A DNA stretch of 64,000 nt from Proteromonas lacertae (lineage: Eukaryota), in contig NGBS01000583.1 in NCBI GenBank assembly GCA_002245135.1, positions 62,001 to 126,000 of the forward strand, read 5' to 3'. The stretch's first letter is position 1. The number at the start of each line of letters is the position of its first letter. The notes below the pieces were generated by a model. It searched no databases, was not told the DNA's origin, and saw only the letters and a list, made by a program, of their open reading frames with translations. Positions 52,473 to 64,000 of the stretch are shown here, one piece after another. The position numbers and the translations under genes were made by a program.

Positions 52473-53404
52473 TTAGAATGATGTATGTCTAGACAGTCTT
52501 TCTAAAAGTTGGTGATAGTTGTTGTAATTAATATACTCCAATAACATCATTACCAACATAGACAAAACAATTACAAATATTGACCACCAACTAACAACAC
52601 ATTCACCATCTTTTTCATACCAAAAAATATATTTTCCACATTCTATTTTATATTTCTCAATAATTGTTCTACAATGACTTCTCTATAAATAATATTAACA
52701 GAAATTGCAAATACATCATCATCATTATAGCTAAATATATTAAATAATACTCTATTTTCGAAGTCACTTATTGAAATATTATTATCATTATTATTAATAA
52801 ATGACAAAGGAACATTAATCATATTATCTAAAATTATTCCACTTTTCAGTGTTCCTTTTCGTTTTATTCGTATAACACTATATACATATCAATTTATATG
52901 TGATAGATATACGTTTCATTTTTTCTATTTGATTTTACGAAGAAATTTAAATTCATTTCCATGTTATTCAAACTGTTATCTTCTCTTAATCTAAATGTAA
53001 AAGAAGGTAGAAAATCTGTCTCATTTTCTGGTATTATGAGTTGATTATCTTCATCCACTGATATAACATCAACCAATTTTAGAATTAAATCATAAATTTC
53101 ACTTGGTACTTCTAAATCAGAAATGGAATAAGAAAAATGAATTACCCAAAAACTATAATATAAAAGTCTAAGAAACAATACCTGCTGTATTTACTATACA
53201 AAGGATAACCACATAAAGACATATTATAAATTACAGTAGTTCGTGAAAATAAAGCGGGATTGTCTTGACTATACTCTTCAGAAGTCTGATTACAATCTAT
53301 TAAAAACAATATCTATGCAGAAGCATACTTAAAGGTTTATCAAGTCTCTTACCACATACAAGAAATAATGATAATAATAATATAATCATGGATGACAGTG
53401 CCAT
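52473..53404 (-). CDS. Signal peptide plus C-terminal TM protein resembling a single degenerate pepsin-like lobe; 4 introns
   Basis: Spliced: MALSSMIILLSLFLVCG...LCGYPLYSKYSSFWVIHFSYSISDLEVPSEIYD...LPSFTFRL...TM (WWSIFVIVLSMLVMMLL)...HTSF*. Confidence 0.55.
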
Positions 53405-53541
53405 TTCGAAAATAACAAAACAAATTTTCAAAAATAGATTCGTTTCAATTTCTAAACAAAAACAATAAAAAACATATCTACAATTTATAAAACATTCTGA
53501 AAAAGTATAAAATGATGTATTTTAGTCATTTACACATCATT

Positions 53542-56145
53542 TTATACTTCTTTATTTAATTTTATTACTACTTCTTGTTTATTTTTCACATCTTCATTAC
53601 TATCATCAATTTCTATTTCATTAGAAGATTTAGTATTATCATCTTTCTTTTCTTCTTCTTCTAGTTTATTCTTCATTCTATCATTATCACAAAACTTACT
53701 TCTATCACCAATTTCAATAATAGATTTAATACTATTTACTTTATTCTTCTCTTCTATAGCAGATCTAATACTCCCAGACGATATTTCAGTTTCTAGAATA
53801 TCTAATTTTATTTCATTACTATTACAATTATCATCTATTTTCATTTCAACATTTGATAAAATATTCTCATCTTTCTTATCACTCTCTTTATGATGATTCT
53901 CTTCAAATTTATTCATTGCAATATCTTTATAACAACTATTCTTACTATTATCATCAACTTCCATAGTAGATGTAACAATCTTCTCTCCTTTATTTTCATT
54001 TTCATTACAAGAATCTTCTGGTTGTTGTTTTATATTATTATTAACTTCAACTAGAGGTTTATTAAAATCAACTCTCTTTTCACTATTAAAACTTTCTTTA
54101 CTCATCTTCTCCATAACAGCTCTAACGCCATTCATCAGAGATAAAGAAACTCTATCTGCAGTAGGAACTGGTGATCTATATATAGAATGATGAGAAGGTT
54201 TTGAAAACTCACTATTCTTCTTATAATCATAATTCTTCTTCAATAAGCAATTCCTACAAGTATTCAATATTATTACACTATCTTTTTGGTCTAATTTAAG
54301 AAATTGATCTAAAGTTTTACCACATTTCTTATGACATCTTTTACATAATATATGAGCTGCTTTTGGATCTGATTCTCTATCAGCCCAATCGTATAATTCA
54401 CCCGATTTCTTTATATCATTTAAACTACAATCAAAACATATATAATTACCTTCTTTATCTATAAAACAATCATTTCTTAATCTGACATCTCTACAATAAT
54501 AACATTGTATTTTTACTGTGTAGTTATATTGATAAACTTCCAAAGCTTCATCTAGTTTTTGAGGTAATACACCAACTTTGGATATAACATATCTTTTCCT
54601 ATCTTTAAACTCATATTCGTAAGGATCAAATCCAATACTTTTATTACCTTTTTGTTCCTTCAATTCTTTGGCTGATTTATTAGTTTGAATTCTTTCCATT
54701 TCTATTACACTTGTTCTTAATGGTTCATCATATGCTGGATTAAATTGAATAGGAAGTGATTGAGATGAAGATGAATGTTGTTGTTGTTGTTGTTGTGGTG
54801 GTGGTGGTGGCGGAGGAGGAGGTTCTTCATTTGAATTATTATTACTGCTATCATCAAGAGGAGTTGGTAGAATAACTTCTTCAATTTTATTATTAATTTG
54901 TTGTAATGTGATTGTGGAGTTTTTATCTTTGTTTTCTACAGATGGTGATTTACCAAATACTAAATATGGCTTTGAATTTAATATACCAGATTCTACTTTA
55001 TCTAAACCAGGTATATGTTGTAGTGCAATTGCTTGATTATTATTATTATTATTATTTGTTGGTATTCCTATATTCAATCTCTTTTCTAATTCTAACAAAT
55101 TTTGTCTTTCTTGTGATACTAATAACACTGAATTGCTGTTATTATTATCACTTGGAGATATTTTATTAGTAATTGAACTGTTACAAAATGGTCTATCTTT
55201 TATATATTGTACACATTTCTTCAACAAACAATTTCTACAAGTATTTTGAATTATTAATCCTTTTTGATCGATTTTTAGAAATTGATTAAGTGGTTTACCT
55301 CTCTTTTTATGACATCTTTTACACATTATCCATCCTTTTTCATCTTTATCTTTATCACTCCAATCATATAAATCATTGAAATCATATCCACTAGCACATC
55401 TTGCACAAATTGTATTATTTGTTATATCGTTAAATGTATCATTTTTATAAACGATATGATGACATTTACTACATTCAACTGTGATATTTTTTAATTCATT
55501 ATATTCTCTGTACGCTTTATCAATATCTTTTGGTATTGATCCACTTTTGGATATAACATTTTGAGTTGTTCCATCAGAGAATTTGATTGTATGAAATGAT
55601 GATTTTGGTTTAGCAAAATGATATGAATTTGATGATGATGGTGGTAGTGGATAGAAAGTATTTTCTTCAGATATTATTAATTGAGATTTCTTTCTACCTC
55701 TAGTTCGATTTTCTACCATTAACATTTTATTATTTGTTGTAATTAACACTTCACAACTATTTACTGATATGTTTATATTACCGTTGAATATATCACTATA
55801 TGGATCATTAGCTGAATTGTATAATGGAATATATATTGGAACGTCTGGAGTGTAGGTAATTGGAGTAGCAATTCTGACATTAGATACTTGGCCTACTACC
55901 TTATGAGATGATATAAATTGCTGTTTATCATCAATATGCATAACACACTCACATGAATTACGTTGTATAGAAAAATTAACATTAGAGTTTGTTTTTTTAG
56001 ATACTGTTACTCCCATTTCAATTTTATCATTTACACCATAACGAATTGATTTTACTTTCTTAGATATGATCCTCATCACATCTTCGTTTACTATATCTCT
56101 ACTACAATTAGAGGAGTATGTATAATTTCTGTTTTGTTGCATCAT
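53542..56145 (-). CDS. Intronless protein with two 8-Cys (4 x CxxC) modules, paralog A
   Basis: 867-aa ORF. Modules CSKC/CARC/CKRC/CRNC and CYYC/CFDC/CKRC/CRNC; poly-P/Q linker; acidic tail. Confidence 0.8.
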   Translation of the reverse strand: MMQQNRNYTYSSNCSRDIVNEDVMRIISKKVKSIRYGVNDKIEMGVTVSKKTNSNVNFSIQRNSCECVMHIDDKQQFISSHKVVGQVSNVRIATPITYTPDVPIYIPLYNSANDPYSDIFNGNINISVNSCEVLITTNNKMLMVENRTRGRKKSQLIISEENTFYPLPPSSSNSYHFAKPKSSFHTIKFSDGTTQNVISKSGSIPKDIDKAYREYNELKNITVECSKCHHIVYKNDTFNDITNNTICARCASGYDFNDLYDWSDKDKDEKGWIMCKRCHKKRGKPLNQFLKIDQKGLIIQNTCRNCLLKKCVQYIKDRPFCNSSITNKISPSDNNNSNSVLLVSQERQNLLELEKRLNIGIPTNNNNNNNQAIALQHIPGLDKVESGILNSKPYLVFGKSPSVENKDKNSTITLQQINNKIEEVILPTPLDDSSNNNSNEEPPPPPPPPPQQQQQQHSSSSQSLPIQFNPAYDEPLRTSVIEMERIQTNKSAKELKEQKGNKSIGFDPYEYEFKDRKRYVISKVGVLPQKLDEALEVYQYNYTVKIQCYYCRDVRLRNDCFIDKEGNYICFDCSLNDIKKSGELYDWADRESDPKAAHILCKRCHKKCGKTLDQFLKLDQKDSVIILNTCRNCLLKKNYDYKKNSEFSKPSHHSIYRSPVPTADRVSLSLMNGVRAVMEKMSKESFNSEKRVDFNKPLVEVNNNIKQQPEDSCNENENKGEKIVTSTMEVDDNSKNSCYKDIAMNKFEENHHKESDKKDENILSNVEMKIDDNCNSNEIKLDILETEISSGSIRSAIEEKNKVNSIKSIIEIGDRSKFCDNDRMKNKLEEEEKKDDNTKSSNEIEIDDSNEDVKNKQEVVIKLNKEV

Positions 56146-57097
56146 AATACTGTTATATTTATATTAATTTTATTAATTATAAGTTTCAATACTTCACAAA
56201 ATGAAATGAATTAAATATGAGGTTTGGTCAGATCAAGTTCTTAGTTTCTTTTTTTCTTTTTTACCTCTTAACAATGATTTTTATCAATTATTTTATATCC
56301 AACATCCACATTATGCTTATTATGGTTTAGTAATTTAATAGAAACAGGATCATTATGAAAATGCATTGATTTCGTTGTTCTTATATTAAAGTAATATATA
56401 AACATGCTAATATAATTATCCAATGACAAACATTAATATTATCTAAGTTATTATAAATAGAGCTTTTTATTGATTATTAAACAGACTTTCACCCCCAATT
56501 TATTGAATGTTAATGCATTATGCATATAATTATAGTATGACAAATAAAAAGATCAAAATTTTACAGATTGAAGCAGTTATTCTTGAAAGACTTTAGCTGT
56601 TATGTCTACCAGTTCTCTATAACAATGATGTAGTATATATTAACATTATATAATTATATATCACAAAAGCTGTTTGGTTAGTGTATTAATGTAAATTTGA
56701 AGGTGATAATGATTTATGAAGTGGTTATACAATTTTTGATAGTAATATAACATATATAGATGAAAATTGTTAATCAGATTTATGAGTATCAATACATCAC
56801 CTAATTTTCAGAATTATTTAATATAGAGAATAAATTGAATAAAATAATCGTGAATATAGTTGTTTCTATGATATACATGCTCAATGGATAGTTAATTTAG
56901 GAGAAATTAATGAAATGAAAATATTGAAACGACTATATGAATAATACATTTAATACAAGTTAATACAATTATCATATGTCTTCATTATCATTTGCTTATA
57001 TAGAAGAAACATTGAAATATAATTTACCGAATGTGATTGTATAGATGTATTATATATGAAATAGATAAAAGAGAAAATAGAAAAAAGTGTATATGAA

Positions 57098-60000
57098 ATG
57101 GATATAGTTTTTGAAGAACATGAAGACATTAAGATGGTAAAAATCATCAATATTCGGAATCTCAAAGAAAAATATATATTTAAATTTAAAGAGAATAGTT
57201 TTTTCTTGTTAGATTGTGTTTTGTCCTTCATTTATCCTTCTAAAGTATTTCGATTGGATGCATATAATGAATACATGCTTGTGTCACGTGAATATTACTC
57301 TGAAGATATGGAAGAGCTGATTCAAAGTGAAACTATACAAAGTGATTATATATGTAATGTGATTTGTTCATTATGTAATGTATTGATGATAATGAGTGAA
57401 TATAAAGTAATAGTAAACAATTTGAAGAATAGTAATATAATATATGAAGGAGATAGTGAGGTAAAAGTATGTGATTTTTATCTAAACACTTTGAGAAAAG
57501 ATGAAGATATGAGATTATATGATATATGTTTCAAAAGTCCAGAAGAGTTGAATGGTTTGGAATGTAATGAAAGAAGTGTGATTTGGTCAATTGGTTGTAT
57601 TTTATATGAAATGATTTGTAAGAAATTACCATTTAATGAAGATAATAATATCAATAAAACTATGAATAATATTCTGAGATGTAGATACAATATAGATGTA
57701 GAATGTGATGAGTGGATGAAAGAAATGATAGAAAGAATGTTAAAAGTGAAGAGTGAAGATAGAATGAGTTTAAAAGAGTTGAGAAAAGAGATGAAAAAAA
57801 TGAGTGAAATATTAAAAGATGAAGAAGATAATTATATGATGATATGTAATGAGAGAAAAGAAGTATTATATTGTAATGATAAATTAATTGCTACATTTCC
57901 CATAATATATTCATCAGAATATTATGTTAAGAGTGATAAATGGAAAGACGTTCGAGATATATTGATAGACTCATACAATAATAAACCAAATGAGAGAATA
58001 TTATCAATATTATTGATGATGAAATTATATGATGAAGATTATTCAATACAAGATAAACTAAAGGTTCAAATTCTCCATCAATGTGAAGAAAGAAAAGGCT
58101 TTTATTTAGATAGAATGATATTTAATATAAAAAATGATTGGAGTGATAAGAATTTTATTAAAATTGATAGCAAATGTATTTGGATGTGTGAAGAAGGAAT
58201 GAATTATTTCTTCAGAGTAGTGAAACTAATCAATCCATCAACACTTATATTTGGTATAATTAACACTTATTGATATATATATAGGTAATATTTCAATTCC
58301 ACTTCATTATCAACCATTATTTGGAAAGTATTTTTCTAAATTACCTTATCTTCAAGAATTAAGTTTATCTTCATGTAGTCTAACTTCTCATTTCATTGAA
58401 TCATTTATTAAATCAATTCCATTTATGAAATTAAAATTTATAAATCTTGCTGGTATTTATCTGTATTTATTAATGTAAAATAGCTAATCCAATTGGTGCA
58501 AAAGGATTTAAATTATTACATCCATATTTACATTTGTTAATCAGCAAAAAAAATGAATTGGATTTACACAGAATGAAATTGACTGATGAATCAATGATAT
58601 TGCTATCAGAAGAAATATGTAAATATTCAAATATTAAGAAAATAGATATTACAGAAAATAGAAATATTCATTCAAAAATATTAAAAACCTTATTCTTGAA
58701 ATTTTCAATTTCAAGAATATTATTTGATTTTAATGGAAATACAAAATTGCTTATTGATAAAGATATTCCAGAATTAGTGAAATATATCAAATATAATGGC
58801 AGTAATGAATTACATATAAGTAATTGTGATATTGATGATGATATATTCAAATCATTCATTTCATTAAGATCAAAAGAATTAACAGAAATAGAACAGTTAG
58901 ATTTAAGTAGTATAATTTGATATTTTTCTATTATATAGATAATAAACTTACATACAAAAGTATTGAAATACTGACTGACAATTTATCTATATTTCCAAAT
59001 CTTAAACATCTTAGATTATATGGAAATGAAATTGGAGATAAAGGAATGAAAATATTATCTCCACATTTGAAGTTAATAGTTGGAGATGATTATGATGGTT
59101 TTATAATAAATTGTTCAAGTATTTTAAATATTATTATAATAAACAATAGAAATGGGATTATCTTCAATAGGATTAAATTATGTATTCGATGGTTTGACTA
59201 GTATTAATGAAACAATAAAAGAATTCAACATAAGTTGCAATAATATAGATTCAGATGGAATAGATAATTTTATGAATTACATAAAACAAAGAAAAAATAT
59301 TGAAAATTTTTGGATTCACAGTATATTTATTTTTAATATTTTTTAAATAGATAATCCAATTGGCAATAAAGGATTTATATTGTTGTCGAATTATTTGAAT
59401 AAATTAAATTTTCATGAGATAGATATGAGTAATACTTCAATAGATGATGAAATTGTTACATTATTAACACATAAAATTGATACAATGGGAAGATGTGCAA
59501 ATATATATTTACAAGGAAATAATATCAGAATGAAGGGATTAAAATCAATTTGTTCAAAATCGTTAGAAAATGTAAAATATCCATTTATAGAAATGAATAA
59601 TTCATCATGGAATAATGAAGAGTTGGAATCATACTTGAATTATTGTATTAATAAGAAAAGAAAATGTGATAGATGTTATGATTTTTCAAGTATAATATAT
59701 AAATTAATAATGAAATAGATTTAAAACTTAAAGATTCTCATGTTTTATTAATTAAACAGATTGATTATAAAACACTTGATTTATCAAACAATAGAATTAG
59801 TTATAAAGGATTAAAAGAATTAATTGATTCTTCACCTAATAATGTTATATTTATTTCAATATATAACAACCCAATTGGAGATGAAGGAATTGAAATAATA
59901 TGTAGATATTTAAATAGATTTGTTGTTGATTATTACTATTCATTAAATCTTTCTAGTATTATATAATATATAATTTGAATAGATGTAGGAATGAGTGAAA

Positions 60001-60284
60001 AAGGATTAAAAATGATAATAGAAAGATTAAAAGAATGTAAACCATTAAAAAAAATAAATATATCAGGAAATGAATTAGATGAAAGAGAATTAAGATTAAT
60101 GAAATCAAATGAAGAAGTGTTTCATGATTTAGAAGAATTAACATTAACTATAAATGAGAATATAGATAAAAGCGAATTAAAATCGTTTTTACATGAATTT
60201 TCATTTATAGGAATCATTAGATTAAATGGAATTGGAGAAGAAGAAAAGAGAGAAATAACTAGAGAATTAATCAATATCAGTTAA
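57098..60284 (+). CDS. Pseudokinase plus RI-like leucine-rich-repeat protein; 7 phase-1 introns; 5' end uncertain
   Basis: Kinase fold with VNNLKNSNI (no HRD), DFY, SPE, IWSIGCILYEM, followed by LRRs (LRLYGNEIGDKGMKIL, NPIGNKGF, NPIGDEGI). Confidence 0.8.
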
Positions 60285-60543
60285 GTGATCATTTTGTTAT
60301 TATTATTAAAATATACATAGTCTAAGTATAAAATTTTCATTTTTATCATCATATACAAAATCTAGTCAAATTAAGCTAATCAATCTACACTTTTACATCT
60401 AGTTCATTTTTAAAATTATTTCTGTAGTAATAACGACCTCTGTAATTAATTTAATTTTATTAAAGCTTAATAAACCTATTAATGATAGTAATTTATTCAT
60501 TTATTCAAATCTATTTTGACAATTTTGGATTCTTTTGTTTTAT

Positions 60544-61578
60544 ATGATTGTATTGATTATATTTATGCTTCTTATTCAAGTATAGTAAATAGTTTTTAAA
60601 ATTTATAGAATTCATTATGCTTTCAGAACCTTTTAAACACAAATTACGAAATAGATATTATCTCAACGTCTATATTTATAGTTATATGGATAATATTTAT
60701 ATTTGTAGTTACATATACTATTTATCAATATGTTGCTGAAAAACAGACACATGAAGGTCTTTTAGTATGTTTAGGAGTATTATATTGCATAGGTAGTAGT
60801 ATTATCATCATGTTGTTATTGTTGTTATATGCTATCTCGATTTTTTGGGTTGTTATTTCAAAGAGACAGTTATCTTGATTGGATTCAAGAGATATTTTAT
60901 CTATTGTCATGGGGGCCATATTTATTTATTATATTTGAGGTATCACAAGGATGGCTAGTAACAAATGAACAAATTACATTTATATTATTACCCAAAATAA
61001 TAGTAGTAATGTGGTTTATGTCTCATACAAGTTTTGTTATATTAAAAATATATGTAAAGTATAAATTTTAAGGTTTATAAATTCATAGAGACTCTGATGT
61101 TAACCCATATTACACTTGGGCTGGTTATTTTGAATATATTTGTGATGGTTTAATTGCGTTGTTATTGTTAGGTTGTATTATAAGAATTATATTAGTAGAA
61201 AGGCTAAAAGATAAACGAATATTCTATTTTGTTACTCTCTTCTTCACTGAACTTTGGTTATTAAGTGCAATTGGATTTGGTTTAGCTTCAAATATAGTTT
61301 CATATGGGTTTAAACTGAATTATGTATAGATATATATCTGTTAATGATATAGTTTTATTCAGTTGAATTTTTAATGTATTTCTACTGGTTAGTGTATGTC
61401 AGAAGTTTTAAGAATGTGTTTGTAGTTCTGCATCAAAGATCGCTTCTTCTTGCAACAACAGAACAACAACAACCACATTCAATTTTGAATAGTAAGTTTT
61501 TATTATGTTATATTTTACTTAATAGGTACTGTTAATTTTGTCTCACAGTTTTATGGAAATCCTTATGATGTATTGTAG
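60544..61578 (+). CDS. Multipass membrane protein with signal peptide (possibly GPR180/GOST-like 7TM); about 5 introns
   Basis: Spliced ORF MIVLIIFMLLIQ|NSLC... with successive hydrophobic helices, ending FYGNPYDVL*(TAG). Family assignment is tentative. Confidence 0.55.
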
Positions 61579-61725
61579 AAGTTAGTTTGATTATATAATT
61601 TAGTTTTTTAAAGTTGTGTTTATTTGCATATATCTCATTCCTATCATCTTTTTCCACCTATTTTCGATGGAATACTGCAAAATAAAACAATTCTGATAAT
61701 AAAATTAATAATTAAAGAAAATTTT

Positions 61726-63780
61726 CTAACGAATATAATTAAGACCTTTCTTTTTAGTAAGATAACAATGTCTACAAACATTTGCAATGCATAACACGCC
61801 GTCTTCATCCATACGTAAAAATTGATCAACTGCTTTTCTCATTTTACAGGATATACATAGTATATCATTAACACTTCTATTATTCTCCAATAATGACCAA
61901 TCAGATTTTTCTTCATGACTTTTCATACATAAATTACATACATAACATTTTTTAATATTTACTATACATCTATCTTTAGTGATATTTTTATTGCAAACTG
62001 AACATCTTACAAGCATACTCAAATTTAATTTATATAAACTGAATGCTGTTCCTATATTCAATGGAATTGATCCGATATTAGAAACAACTATTCTTTCCTC
62101 ATCGTCGAATTTTACAATTTGTGGATTATTATGATATTTCTTTGAATCTATTAACTTTTGTAATTTTTCTTTTAGATCAGCATGCGTTAACTTAACGATA
62201 TGCGGAGCTGGATGTTCTGTATGATTAATAGTATTAGTATTAGTATTAGGTGGAGGAGTAGAAGGAGTTGGTGTTGGTGTTTGAGAACGAGATGGTTTAG
62301 GTATTCGTATATCAGCAGAGATAAAAGTATTAAAAAAACTACTGCTAGTCCTATTAGCAAATCTGTAATTATTATTATTATTATTATTATTATTGTCATT
62401 ATTGTAGACATTGATATTGATATTACCATTATTATTTCTATAACTGCTACTAATATTAATATTCCTACTATTGATATTGAGAATATTATTGATGGGAGTA
62501 ATAGGTCTAGAACTATTAATTCCAAAATTAGAATTACTATTAGAATTACTATTAATAGAAGTATTACCTCCACTTTTATTTGTACTACCACTGACTTCTG
62601 TTGATTTTGATCCATAAAGTTTTTTAGAAAGTTCTTCTATTTCTTTACTTTGCTGCATTAATATTTCAATATTCTTCCTTTTTCTTCCTCTTTTCTTAGG
62701 CATTACTATTTTTTCTTCTTGAGGAGGACGGAATTGAATCATTTGGGGAGATAATGGTTTAGGACTTTTTGATAACAAGTTACTTCTATCAATACCAAAT
62801 TTATCACTTTCTACTTCATATTCTTCATCTTCTTCATTATCATCATCTTTATCATCATCATCGTTTTCAATAATAGCATGAATACTATTATCATAATAAT
62901 TATCTTTCTTATATTTATAGAGATTATGATATCTCTTTCTGAAACCAGCTTGATGTGAACAAGTTGCTTTCTTTAAAAGACAAAATCTACATAATGTATT
63001 ATAATCTAAATCTCCAGTAAATGTCTTATACACAAATTGTGAAGTAGGTCTTCTTCTTTTACAATTATCACATTTTCTTGTTGGTCCAGTAAATAATCTT
63101 GTTTCTCTAGGAATCCAATCTTGTAAATAATTTGATTGAATATTTGTTGCACAAGTTGAACACACAAAATTTCCACTGTAAATAAATGATTTATTCTTTG
63201 ACACATCATTTGCACATTTAACACACTTCACTTTTTGTTTTTCAAATTCTTTAAATTCAGCGTATGCTTCATGTAATTCTAAAATATCTTTTCTTGTTTT
63301 TTTGGCATTCCTTTTGTATGGATCTTGAAGTGTATCTTTGTATGGATTGATATTTAAATAATTTTCCACCTCTTTATTATTTTCATATATTGATCTTCTA
63401 CTTACTTTACTATTACTTGGCGGTATATAATTGTATATGCTATGTTGAGAAATGACATTATCTGATACATCTCCTACAGCTATATAAATAGAAGGATCAT
63501 TCTGTGAATTATATTTTGGAGTATAAATTGGACTGTCTATAGCACCAGTAATTGGTATTCCCATCAAAATATTTGATTGTCTCGCATAATAAAAATCCTC
63601 TTTGATTTGTGGTTCTTTTCTTTCATCACATATTGCAGCTAAAGACTTTGATATGAATCTATTTGATGATCTACCTTGACTTTCGTTGTATTGCGTATTT
63701 ATACTCGCTGCTAGCACAACTTGTGAGTTATATGTTTCATAGCTGTGAAAATTATTTTGATTGAATGGAGAATATATCAT
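61726..63780 (-). CDS. Intronless protein with two 8-Cys modules and an AT-hook/NLS-like motif, paralog B
   Basis: 684-aa ORF. Modules CVKC/CSTC/CDNC/CRFC and CSVC/CNLC/CISC/CRHC; PKKRGRKRK; N-rich linker. Confidence 0.8.
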   Translation of the reverse strand: MIYSPFNQNNFHSYETYNSQVVLAASINTQYNESQGRSSNRFISKSLAAICDERKEPQIKEDFYYARQSNILMGIPITGAIDSPIYTPKYNSQNDPSIYIAVGDVSDNVISQHSIYNYIPPSNSKVSRRSIYENNKEVENYLNINPYKDTLQDPYKRNAKKTRKDILELHEAYAEFKEFEKQKVKCVKCANDVSKNKSFIYSGNFVCSTCATNIQSNYLQDWIPRETRLFTGPTRKCDNCKRRRPTSQFVYKTFTGDLDYNTLCRFCLLKKATCSHQAGFRKRYHNLYKYKKDNYYDNSIHAIIENDDDDKDDDNEEDEEYEVESDKFGIDRSNLLSKSPKPLSPQMIQFRPPQEEKIVMPKKRGRKRKNIEILMQQSKEIEELSKKLYGSKSTEVSGSTNKSGGNTSINSNSNSNSNFGINSSRPITPINNILNINSRNINISSSYRNNNGNININVYNNDNNNNNNNNNYRFANRTSSSFFNTFISADIRIPKPSRSQTPTPTPSTPPPNTNTNTINHTEHPAPHIVKLTHADLKEKLQKLIDSKKYHNNPQIVKFDDEERIVVSNIGSIPLNIGTAFSLYKLNLSMLVRCSVCNKNITKDRCIVNIKKCYVCNLCMKSHEEKSDWSLLENNRSVNDILCISCKMRKAVDQFLRMDEDGVLCIANVCRHCYLTKKKGLNYIR

Positions 63781-64000
63781 TTTGTAATATGTATATATTT
63801 TACTAACTATATGAACTCTCTAATTATTATAAAATCATATAATTAGTTTTTTAAATCAAGCCTCAAACTATTTAAGATTTTTCATTTCAAAAAATATTTG
63901 ATGTTAATGTTGAGATTATGTATAAATTTAGTTTTATATTTCTTTGGTGAATATTAAATTATGTATTTACAAAGTTAATAAGGAAATTATACAACACTGA

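Noticed and set aside
60790..60830. Non-canonical intron or frameshift in the multipass membrane gene
   Set aside because: A normal 28-nt GT-AG intron just upstream (GTATGTTTAGG...GCATAG) restores the frame.
1..64000. Prokaryotic operon, prophage, defence island, transposase, tRNA or rRNA genes
   Set aside because: The genes are eukaryotic and mostly spliced. No integrase, transposase or RT motifs, cloverleafs or rRNA blocks were seen; rRNA-like matches are only 9-12 nt antisense snoRNA guides.

Overview
Eukaryotic nuclear DNA: strongly AT-rich, gene-dense, standard genetic code, and many roughly 25-40 nt GT-AG introns that fragment the supplied ORF track. The tiny introns, He_PIG/PA14 surface proteins and kinase-LRR genes suggest an opalinatan gut stramenopile (Blastocystis/Proteromonas-like). 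An intact IFT88 points to a flagellated member (inference). After manual splicing the genes, in order, are: Rbx1 (partial), SAAL1-like, an Old Yellow Enzyme, eIF3c, a small Tom5/Tom6-like protein, PGAP1, Cdh1/Fzr1, a Cys-rich membrane protein, a large Ig/PA14 surface protein, a NEK kinase, a giant SPRY-UBA-HECT E3 ligase with a head-to-head SPRY/NPCBM paralog, ABCA, IFT88, a degenerate aspartic-protease-like protein, two paralogous 8-Cys-repeat proteins, a pseudokinase-LRR protein and a multipass membrane protein. Highlights: (1) an AT-AT minor-spliceosome (U12-type) intron in ABCA that appears to contain a GT-AG intron, plus a possible reciprocal U12-in-U2 case in the same gene; (2) six candidate snoRNAs filling the only long introns of eIF3c, including a clear U15 orthologue; (3) a 13.5-kb near-perfect palindrome (6.65-kb arms, 226-bp spacer with a triple inverted repeat); (4) an OYE cassette between 279-bp direct repeats, with the catalytic Tyr replaced by Phe. 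Several single-base frameshifts are most likely consensus errors. All calls are by eye; no database searches were run.
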